The notes under the pieces were generated by a model, which did no database searches, was not told where the DNA came from, and saw only the letters and a list, made by a program, of their open reading frames with translations. A DNA stretch of 20,530 bases from Bdellovibrionia bacterium (GTDB lineage Bacteria; Bdellovibrionota; UBA1018): positions 1 to 20,530 of the forward strand of contig JBJMMA010000172.1 in the NCBI GenBank assembly GCA_045805065.1, given 5' to 3'. Shown piece by piece: positions 1 through 7,350 of this stretch. How positions within the stretch are numbered: the stretch's first letter is position 1; each line of letters opens with the position of its first letter. A program made the translations under genes and the position numbers.

Positions 1-1
1 A

Positions 2-660
2 CCTACTGGAGGAGCGACTGGATGCAGTAGCGCTGCCGTAGGCACATTTACTCCAGGATGGTGCACGGGCGGAAGCTCGACTTCCGGAAATGGGGACGGA
101 CTTTTGAAAAACCCCTACGGAATCGCGATCGATTCATCAGGCAACATTTATGTGACGGACTCAGGAAATCACCGCATCAATAAGTACAGCTCCTCTGGAG
201 CGTTCCTGGGCTGGACTGGACTTGTCGCGACGACTCCTACCGGTGGCGCCGCTGGGTGCAGTAGCGCATCTGCCGGAACGCTCACTCCGGGATGGTGCAC
301 AGGCGGCACAGGAGCAGCCGCTGGCAGTACCTTTCTCAATACCCCTACGGGCATTGCTCTCGACAGCAATGGAAGTTTCTACATTTCCGACAAGCTCAAT
401 CACCGCGTAGTGAAATACAACTCGCTTGGCGCCCAGCAAGGCTGGTTTGGGAATATCGCCTCATCCCCAACCGGTGGCGCTACCGGTTGCAAAGGTGCCG
501 CCGCTGGCTCAGTTACGCCGGGTTGGTGCACAGGTGGCACCTCAAGCTCTGGAACCAGCGACGGAATGATGAACAAGCCGATGGGATTATTCATAGATTC
601 CTCCGGCAATCTCTACATTGCGGACCAGAGCAACCATCGGATCATTCGCGTTTCCACAGC
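2..660 (+). repeat. Three 77-78 aa coding repeats (PTGGxxGCxxAxxGxxTPGWCTGG insert plus NHL blade)
   Basis: The PTGG motif starts at nt 2, 236 and 467 (periods 234 and 231 nt). Each unit carries two Cys. Confidence 0.9.
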
Positions 661-670
661 AGGAAAATAA
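2..670 (+). CDS. NHL-repeat (beta-propeller) protein with Cys-containing inserts, 5'-truncated by the window edge
   Basis: The frame is open from nt 2 (PTGGATGCSSAAVGTFTPGWCTGG...), so the ORF-track start at 104 is not the real start. Three NHL-type blades are visible: NPYGIAIDSSGNIYVTDSGNHRINKY, TPTGIALDSNGSFYISDKLNHRVVKY and KPMGLFIDSSGNLYIADQSNHRIIRV. Stop TAA at 668-670. Confidence 0.85.
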   Translation, partial: PTGGATGCSSAAVGTFTPGWCTGGSSTSGNGDGLLKNPYGIAIDSSGNIYVTDSGNHRINKYSSSGAFLGWTGLVATTPTGGAAGCSSASAGTLTPGWCTGGTGAAAGSTFLNTPTGIALDSNGSFYISDKLNHRVVKYNSLGAQQGWFGNIASSPTGGATGCKGAAAGSVTPGWCTGGTSSSGTSDGMMNKPMGLFIDSSGNLYIADQSNHRIIRVSTAGK

Positions 671-683
671 TCCGTTGTGACCC

Positions 684-2636
684 TCAGTCCTTTGGTATCC
701 GAACCACGAACGAAGTGTTCTTGGAGCTTTGATCGAGCTCAAGCATTCCTCCGTGCGCCTCAACGATGCTTCGAGAAATGCTCAAACCCAGGCCTGTTCC
801 CTTGCCAACTTGCTTTAATGTAAAGAATGGCTGAAAGATCTTTTCGCGGTATTGCACGGGCACTCCCGGACCGCTGTCGGTGACCCGGATTTCCACATTT
901 TGGTTCGCGACCCTGGCTTCAACTTTGATCCACTTTTCTTGAGCGTGCTCCACGGCATCAAAAGCGTTGTTCAATAAATTGAGAATGACTTGAGAAATCT
1001 GTACCGAGCGACAATTCAGAGTCAAGTCGGCCGAGTCACACGAGACAATCAACTCAATCTGGTGGTGGATGAATTTTTGATGACAAAGACCCAATGTGCT
1101 ATCGAGCAGGCTCTTGAGCTCGACGCTCTCAATCGGGTCATTCCCCCCGTCACGAGAAAAGCTTCTAAGGCCCTGGATGATTTTCACGATTCTTTGGGTC
1201 GTGTCAGAAATCGTCTTAAATGCCGCTTCAGTGCGAGACTGCTCGATCATCCCTTGCTTGAACATTGCTTGCTGCTGCTCAGCCACTGCTGAAATAATAC
1301 TCAACGGATTATTAATCTCATGAGCTATTCCTCCTGCCATCTCCCCTAAAGAGGCAAGACGCGCCGATTCGGTAGCGCGTTCGCGCTGAATATCCAGCTC
1401 CCGAGTTCTCTGCTGTACAAGCATTTCCAGATTGACGGTGTACTCGTGGAGCCGCTTTGCCATAGCAACTAATGCGCGCCAGGCCCCATGAATTTCCTTG
1501 AAGCCAAAGCTTTCCTGCTCGGACATCTGGGCCCAGTGTTCATAATGGCCTTGCTTGATCATTTCCATCCCTTTGATCAAACGGATGATGGGCTTTGAGA
1601 TCAGATAGGAAATCAAACTGGCTAGAACGAAACTGACAGCAAGCGCACATATGATGATCAAAACCATGTGATGCCAGGCGGCGCGCTCGTCGCGGAGGAG
1701 CTCACTATTTTTTTCGCTTACAATGACGGTCCACTGCGCGGTTCGCAAACTCAACTTTTGAGCAGCAGCGAAGATCCCTTCGCCTTTCTCATCATCTCCC
1801 TGACGAATCTCAGGCCCTGCCCCCACTACTGGCGAATAAATCTTCGCCACAGCAGGTTTCAAAGCTCCTGAATCATTTGTCCCTTCTGATCCTGCGACCA
1901 GTACTCCTGCCTGGTCCACAATGTGATATTGGAGCAAGGGGGAATTGGACATCACGTTGTCAGAAATTCTTTGAATTTCAGCAGGAGCGACCGTTCCACC
2001 GATAGCAGCCACGATGTACTTCTTATCGTACGACCAGACTGGAACGCCGACAAAGACGAGGTTCCTCGTGCGCCCTCTCTTCAGTGAAGTTACTTCCGAC
2101 ATGCGAGACTTCAGAATCAGGTCTGTCAGGCCGACTTGTGGCATGCTGCTTCCAATGAATTGGGCGCGCATTCCTGGCGTGGCATTATAGTACTCGAGGA
2201 TCTTCCCCTGCATGTTCGATAGCCCAACGCTAATCAACCCAAACTTCTCAGCGTAGAACTGCATGAGTGGATAGAGCCTGGAGCCTAAAAGAGGCTCTTT
2301 GCGCGACTGAATTCGAATTTGCTCGGCCAGCATTTCAAATGCCGACAAACGATAATCAAAGATTCTTTGAATCTCGTTTTGCAGGGCCTCGGATTGAGTC
2401 AGGACCCGCTCCTTTGCTACCTCAGTCGACACTGCCCGCCATCGAAAAGCCTCGTGGAACCCGAAACCTAAAATAGGCAACGAACTCGCCAGCATCAACG
2501 CAAGCACAAGAATGAATTGGACCCGGAAATTTCTCAAGGCGGGCTGAAGTATGTCCGAGGCAAGCCTAATTTGCAAGCTTACCCGATATTGCCCGTCCTG
2601 CTTGTTTTCCCTAGAATATAGGGAATATTGGAGCAC
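684..2636 (-). CDS. Membrane sensor histidine kinase (periplasmic Cache-like domain, HAMP, HisKA, HATPase_c)
   Basis: Two hydrophobic TM segments (FILVLALMLASSLPILGFGF; MVLIIICALAVSFVLASLISYLI) are followed by a HAMP region (SKPIIRLIKGM). Kinase motifs: H-box EMAGGIAHEINNPL, N-box QVILNLLNNAFDA, G1 DSGPG, F-box FQPFFT, G2 GTGLGL. The start codon is uncertain (TTG at 2636 or a downstream TTG). Confidence 0.92.
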   Translation of the reverse strand: MLQYSLYSRENKQDGQYRVSLQIRLASDILQPALRNFRVQFILVLALMLASSLPILGFGFHEAFRWRAVSTEVAKERVLTQSEALQNEIQRIFDYRLSAFEMLAEQIRIQSRKEPLLGSRLYPLMQFYAEKFGLISVGLSNMQGKILEYYNATPGMRAQFIGSSMPQVGLTDLILKSRMSEVTSLKRGRTRNLVFVGVPVWSYDKKYIVAAIGGTVAPAEIQRISDNVMSNSPLLQYHIVDQAGVLVAGSEGTNDSGALKPAVAKIYSPVVGAGPEIRQGDDEKGEGIFAAAQKLSLRTAQWTVIVSEKNSELLRDERAAWHHMVLIIICALAVSFVLASLISYLISKPIIRLIKGMEMIKQGHYEHWAQMSEQESFGFKEIHGAWRALVAMAKRLHEYTVNLEMLVQQRTRELDIQRERATESARLASLGEMAGGIAHEINNPLSIISAVAEQQQAMFKQGMIEQSRTEAAFKTISDTTQRIVKIIQGLRSFSRDGGNDPIESVELKSLLDSTLGLCHQKFIHHQIELIVSCDSADLTLNCRSVQISQVILNLLNNAFDAVEHAQEKWIKVEARVANQNVEIRVTDSGPGVPVQYREKIFQPFFTLKQVGKGTGLGLSISRSIVEAHGGMLELDQSSKNTSFVVRIPKD

Positions 2637-2644
2637 AACTCGGA

Positions 2645-4987
2645 CTATTTTACGCAGGCAAAGAACGCCAGATCATTACCAATTTCCAGCAAGCCATATC
2701 CGCTGACATAGCCACTTGCCCTACAGCGTCTGTGGATCGCAGCCTTACACACATCTTGGGCCGCGGTCGTGGCGTCGCAATAAGGCATGTAATCCTTCAG
2801 ATGAGTAAAGCTATCGGAGACCAGGTCTGCTTGTAGAGGCTTCACGCAGCCTACAGCCGTGGAATCGCCGGAAAACTCGAGGGGGCCATACCCTCCTGAG
2901 GCAAAACCCTGAATCGAGCAGAAACGATTGATCGCGGAACCACAGGCAACACTCAAAGGGTCCATTGGGTCACAAAGGGGTTGAGTCTTCCTCATTGCCG
3001 TAAAAGTTGTCGCAATAATGCTTGCTTGCGCAGATGGAAGACAGGTGACAATCGCGACATCTCCTGCGTGCTCAACCGGGCCAAAGCCTCCGGCTCCGTA
3101 GCCTTGAGTTACGCAGAAACGATTAATAGCGGCGTTGCACGTCGCACTGAGAGCCGCTGAGCCATCGCATCCTGGCACAAATGTCTTGAGGACCGAGTAA
3201 GAGGTATTAAATACAGCGGCAGCATTCACAGACGCGGAAGGTAACTTTGCGCCATTCATGACCGCATTCCCCCAGCCTTGAAGCTCAGAAGGAGATGGAG
3301 CGCGTCCCAGGCTCTGTATTAAAACACTGCGGAATCTTGCTTGCCCTTCTGGACTCAAGATGAAGGCAGCTCTCATTTGCCGCAAATTATGCCCATCGCT
3401 CAGAAAGCTCTGCCAGCCGGCAATTTCAGACGATGAAGCAACCCGTCCGAGAATGGTTTGATAGGTCGCACTGATCAGTGAAGCCGCTTCGGCGCTCTTT
3501 GCGATAGAAACCCAAGCCTTACTGACCGACATTCCTTTACTGATTGCAGTACTGAAAGAGGAGAGCCCAGAGCTATCGACGGGCCGCCCCAGTAGCTCCT
3601 GATACATCTGACTGACCACCTGAGCGGCCAGCGCAGGGTGAAGATACTCGCTGGAGTTTGCGATGCAGCCCTTCCAATCCACATGCTGATATGATGATGC
3701 CCCGACGCCGTCACCCGAAAAGTCGACGATCGAATTCGGGCTCACGTCATAAGACTCCGTTCCGCGGAAGCCACATCCACCTGTGTTTGTTCCGCCTCCA
3801 GCGTTTTGGACACTGTTGTTTCGCACTCGAATCGAGGCTGTCGTATGATCGATGATTAATCCTTCTTGGGCGTTGCTCACGACATTATCGTGATAATCGC
3901 CACCGCCATAATACTTGGCCTGGTACCAAGGATCCGCGCCCAGCATCATTCCAAAGCCGCAGCCACGAGCGGCTCCGCAGTCGATCTGATTTCCCGAGAT
4001 GTCACTTCCTGCATAATCACCGCTGGTTGCTCCATTGGGCCACGCATGAGTCATGAAGGCTGCAAAGCTTCCGTAGCGGTAATGCGTCGAGTGCTTGATG
4101 ACGTTGTTCTGGATCACGCAGTTTTTGCATCCACCGAAAATGAAATCCACGTCAGAGTTTGAGATAAAGATATTTCCGATGAACTTTGAATTCGAAGCAT
4201 CACCTACCGTCAATCCGTCCGACCAGACGCCGCGATGATCGCCGTTCTCCACAAAAGCGCTATTTTGCACGGTGAGGCGATCGCCACTCGGTCCCATTCC
4301 GGTGCCGCAAATCGCGTGCTTTGAGACGCTATTGATAAAAGAAAAACCTGCGCCCGAGGATACGGCGTTGTATCCCGGGGTATTATCTTTAGAGCAATTC
4401 TGAGCAATTGCCGCTCCGGTCGACGTCCCGATGCGCGCCTCACGGTTTCCGTCCAATACAATATGATCAATCGTTACGTTGGGCTGAGTGTTGTTCATCA
4501 GACCGAACTGAACATTGAGGTTTGGATCGGCAATGAGAACCGCGCAATCCAGGCCAAGCTCATAGTCACAGATTTTCGAATCCGTTCGCCCCTGAGTCCG
4601 AAGCGTGATGGAGCGATCGAAAGTAATCTGATTCGCAATCGTATAGAGTCCGGCAGGCAATTCCAGAATTCCACCTGCGGGAGTCTGGTGAATGCAGGCT
4701 AAGATCACGTCAGCGGCGTTTCTTCCGGTTCCACCATAGGCAGCAAGTTCGTTGCAGGTGAAAAGTCCTGCGCCGCTCGGCGAGCTCGCGGCAGTCACTG
4801 TTCCCGAATTTCCCGAAGTGCCTGAGTTGCCTGCGGCGGAGGCCGCGGATTGATCGGCCTGGACTGAGCCTACCGAGATGGATGAGCTTGTAAAGCGCGC
4901 GCTCTTTGTTGAAGTGCACCCTACCGCCACTGCGGTGATCAGGCAGAGATTTAAAGTTCTGAGCACGTTATTTGAAAACCTTTTCAT
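2645..4987 (-). CDS. Putative lipoprotein: right-handed beta-helix (pectate-lyase-like) domain, DUF4214/S-layer-like helical repeats, and a C-terminal triple Cys-rich repeat
   Basis: The N-terminus MKRFSNNVLRTLNLCLITAVAVGC is lipobox-like and is followed by a Ser/Gly/Ala linker. The beta-helix signature includes GGILELPAGLYTI and NVTIDHIVLDGNR, with Asn/Ile ladders. Helical repeats read MYQELLGRPVDSSGL, TYQTILGRVASSSEIAGW and LIQSLGRAPSPSELQGW. Confidence 0.8.
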   Translation of the reverse strand: MKRFSNNVLRTLNLCLITAVAVGCTSTKSARFTSSSISVGSVQADQSAASAAGNSGTSGNSGTVTAASSPSGAGLFTCNELAAYGGTGRNAADVILACIHQTPAGGILELPAGLYTIANQITFDRSITLRTQGRTDSKICDYELGLDCAVLIADPNLNVQFGLMNNTQPNVTIDHIVLDGNREARIGTSTGAAIAQNCSKDNTPGYNAVSSGAGFSFINSVSKHAICGTGMGPSGDRLTVQNSAFVENGDHRGVWSDGLTVGDASNSKFIGNIFISNSDVDFIFGGCKNCVIQNNVIKHSTHYRYGSFAAFMTHAWPNGATSGDYAGSDISGNQIDCGAARGCGFGMMLGADPWYQAKYYGGGDYHDNVVSNAQEGLIIDHTTASIRVRNNSVQNAGGGTNTGGCGFRGTESYDVSPNSIVDFSGDGVGASSYQHVDWKGCIANSSEYLHPALAAQVVSQMYQELLGRPVDSSGLSSFSTAISKGMSVSKAWVSIAKSAEAASLISATYQTILGRVASSSEIAGWQSFLSDGHNLRQMRAAFILSPEGQARFRSVLIQSLGRAPSPSELQGWGNAVMNGAKLPSASVNAAAVFNTSYSVLKTFVPGCDGSAALSATCNAAINRFCVTQGYGAGGFGPVEHAGDVAIVTCLPSAQASIIATTFTAMRKTQPLCDPMDPLSVACGSAINRFCSIQGFASGGYGPLEFSGDSTAVGCVKPLQADLVSDSFTHLKDYMPYCDATTAAQDVCKAAIHRRCRASGYVSGYGLLEIGNDLAFFACVK
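2648..3211 (-). repeat. Three 65-aa coding repeats, each with four Cys (PxC-x9-CxxAIxRxC-xxxG[YF]xxG...E...C)
   Basis: Equivalent residues start at nt 3211, 3016 and 2821, an exact 195-nt period. Core motifs are CNAAINRFC, CGSAINRFC and CKAAIHRRC. Confidence 0.9.
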
Positions 4988-5212
4988 AGAAAACTACTCC
5001 ACTGAAATGATCGATGCTCATGCGAAAACACAGCTGCAACTGGTTGTGCCACAAACACTGCAAACCCTACTCCAATGGGCCTCTGCGCGCCGAAACACCC
5101 ATAAGCTCGCCCAGAGCCTGAGAAAGGCGCATGGACTTGTTCGTCCTGTGCTTAACTGGCCAAAGTCTCGACAGCTCTCAGCGCAAGTTATTTAAACTCT
5201 TGCGATTTAAAT

Positions 5213-7141
5213 TCAAAGCTTCCTGACTTCGCCGCTCTCGGAGATCTCAAGAGTCACGTTTTCAAGAACGGGCACTCCCTTAACGTGAGGCACGAGATTT
5301 GGGTGCCTCTTGAGATATGCCGAAAGATCAAAACCGCCCGTACCTTTGTTGTGAATCCGAACATCACCGCGAAGAATCACGCCCGTCAGCATCACCTGTC
5401 CGTCCACATTCAGGCTTTTGAGATCAAGAAGACTGGTTCCCTGAAACGAGTGCGTCACGTGCTGCACATCGGCGTAGTACTTGTCCTCAGTCAGTCGATC
5501 CTTGAGTGACACGGCCGGGAGAGAGCCTGGGCGCTGATGCGACAATCGCATGCTTTTCGGATCGAGCTTGAAGAGATCGCTATGAAACTGCATGAAGTAA
5601 TCAAAAGCGGATTTGATCGGAGAGAAGAACTCGGTTCGGGCATCTTTCTCCACGTTGATGAAATGAACCAATGGCTCTTTGTAATGCTGGCGCCAATAGC
5701 GATCCAGATTCAGAAGGCTTGAGCCCATCGCACCCTCAAGCTGCAGGTATTTTCGAACGACGCCGTCAGGATCCTTCTGCTTTTTCACGTTGGAAATGAG
5801 ATCGGGCGCCACGATTTTCATGAACTCATGCTCGCCGATTTCACTGACAAGTTTTTTGATTTTGGGCGTCAGCACGTCATAATTGAAGAGCGCCATATTG
5901 GTATTGAAGAAAGCGACTTGATCGCCGCGGCGGACATCGAGACCCAGCTTTTCAAAGAGTGCCTGCTGTCCCGCCTCTTTGGCCTGCGCCTGCTCAATGA
6001 TTGTGGCATACGTGGAGCCGTCAGAACGTTTGACGAGCGCGATTTGTCCGCCCTTCAAGTCGTTCATGGTCTTTTCGGTCGTGACCATTGCGATCGGGAC
6101 CTGCTTCTTGATCATCCATCCAACCATCGCAGCATCGGGCGTGCTGCTCAGATCCTCGCCATTTCCCACGGCTGAAACCAGCGACTTGCCGGTCTTGGGA
6201 CGCATTTCATCGCGATAAGCCGCGCGAAGTGCATCGACTCCAAAGTATCCGTGTCCACCTGGAGCCTGACGCCCGAAGCTGAACTTGCCCGCCTCATCGA
6301 TCGTAGGCATATAAGATTGAAAACTGCTTCGAGATGATCTTTGAACAATCTTGAGGTCTTTCAAGACCTGCTCGTAAGTTTTGGTCGGATCAATCAGCGA
6401 TTTCTTGCTCCAGAGGTTCGCGATCGATTCCTCGGTCTCAGGACCGATCAAGTCGTGGAGCACAACTCCGCTGAACTTTCCGCTTTGCGCATCATGAATG
6501 GCTTGAAGGATCTGGGCTTCGGCCAGTGACACTGAGACCGTCTTGGATGGAGCGCGTGGATCCGGAACATCCACGTACAAATCGGTCCCTTTCGCGCCAA
6601 TGCGAACTTCCTTGGGATCGATTTTCTTGATGCGTCCAAGATAGGTCTGGCGAGTCAGTGAGGAGCCCGTACCTGCCTGCATTTTTTTGATCCAAACAAC
6701 GGAAGAGCTGGCTGCGTCCGTGTATTCCTTGCTGCTTTTGAGTGATCCGTACTGAACATAAGGGATTTGCGACAACAACTCAGCAGGGGCGATCGCAGTC
6801 GGGTAAGCGGTCAATTTCCCTTCGGCTGATTTGCCTGCCTCAAAGATCTGAAGTTCCTCTTTATGCCCGGCCAGTTTCTTTTCATAAAGCGAAAGAAAGT
6901 AAGATAGGTTCTGCTCATCGAACTTCAAAAGCTCTCGAAGCTTTTGGCGTGCTTGAGCATTACCGGGATTTGCAACGAGTTCAGTGACAAGCTCATTCAC
7001 CGCAGCTTCTTTGGAGGCGACCGAAGCCAGACTATGGGCTTCGAATTGGTGCACTACACAGTCTTTGAAACTCGCACTCGCGGATGTGCTGAATAGAAGA
7101 ATGAAAACAGCAAAAAGAGACAATCTTCCTGAAAGTTTCAC
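5213..7141 (-). CDS. UTP--glucose-1-phosphate uridylyltransferase of the eukaryote-type UDPGP family, with a predicted Sec signal peptide
   Basis: Motifs match eukaryotic UGPase in order: KKMQAGTGSSL (cf. KLNGGLGTSM), GAKG, APGGHG (cf. PPGHG), NGEDL (cf. NxDNL), KGG, IEQAQ (cf. LEIAQ), FNTN, QLEGAMG (cf. QLETAMG) and FSPIK (cf. FLPVK). The C-terminus resembles a left-handed beta-helix (SLNVDGQVMLTGVILRGDVRI). The start is placed at GTG 7141 because GAGGGG lies 5 nt upstream. The N-terminus then reads MKLSGRLSLFAVFILLFSTSASA. Confidence 0.85.
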   Translation of the reverse strand: MKLSGRLSLFAVFILLFSTSASASFKDCVVHQFEAHSLASVASKEAAVNELVTELVANPGNAQARQKLRELLKFDEQNLSYFLSLYEKKLAGHKEELQIFEAGKSAEGKLTAYPTAIAPAELLSQIPYVQYGSLKSSKEYTDAASSSVVWIKKMQAGTGSSLTRQTYLGRIKKIDPKEVRIGAKGTDLYVDVPDPRAPSKTVSVSLAEAQILQAIHDAQSGKFSGVVLHDLIGPETEESIANLWSKKSLIDPTKTYEQVLKDLKIVQRSSRSSFQSYMPTIDEAGKFSFGRQAPGGHGYFGVDALRAAYRDEMRPKTGKSLVSAVGNGEDLSSTPDAAMVGWMIKKQVPIAMVTTEKTMNDLKGGQIALVKRSDGSTYATIIEQAQAKEAGQQALFEKLGLDVRRGDQVAFFNTNMALFNYDVLTPKIKKLVSEIGEHEFMKIVAPDLISNVKKQKDPDGVVRKYLQLEGAMGSSLLNLDRYWRQHYKEPLVHFINVEKDARTEFFSPIKSAFDYFMQFHSDLFKLDPKSMRLSHQRPGSLPAVSLKDRLTEDKYYADVQHVTHSFQGTSLLDLKSLNVDGQVMLTGVILRGDVRIHNKGTGGFDLSAYLKRHPNLVPHVKGVPVLENVTLEISESGEVRKL

Positions 7142-7315
7142 GCGTTCCCCTCGCGGCCAGATCAATCCATTGATCTCAACGTACCTATTCAGTGTAGCAA
7201 CGATTGTCCTTTTAGTGAAATCGTCCTCTGTGGCTCGATCACTCGTTCCAACTTAATCACTTTATTTTAATTCAGACCTAAATTGAGTCGGCGAAAGTCC
7301 CTAAATTTTTTCGCT

Positions 7316-7346
7316 TAAATATTCCGATCAGTCATCCGATCAATCA
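7316..7346 (+). promoter_or_regulatory. Possible sigma-28 (FliA)-type promoter overlapping a 12-bp tandem repeat
   Basis: TAAA (7316-7319), then 15 nt, then TCCGATCA (7335-7342), versus the consensus TAAA-N15-GCCGATAA. TCCGATCAGTCA and TCCGATCAATCA lie in tandem at 7323-7346. Confidence 0.4.
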
Positions 7347-7350
7347 ATAG

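Noticed and set aside
4878..5195. 105-aa plus-strand ORF spanning the lipoprotein-UGPase intergenic region
   Set aside because: It overlaps the lipoprotein start in antisense and has no recognisable features. The region is more likely promoter sequence.
5190..5212. AT-rich hairpin with a GCAA loop just after the UGPase stop (ATTTAAATC-GCAA-GAGTTTAAAT on the minus strand)
   Set aside because: The stem is weak and there is no U-tract, so it cannot be supported as a terminator.
7043..7075. Cys28 of the UGPase as a classical lipoprotein lipidation site
   Set aside because: The preceding residues F-K-D do not fit the lipobox [LVI][ASTVI][GAS]C, and an A-S-A signal peptidase I site lies just upstream.
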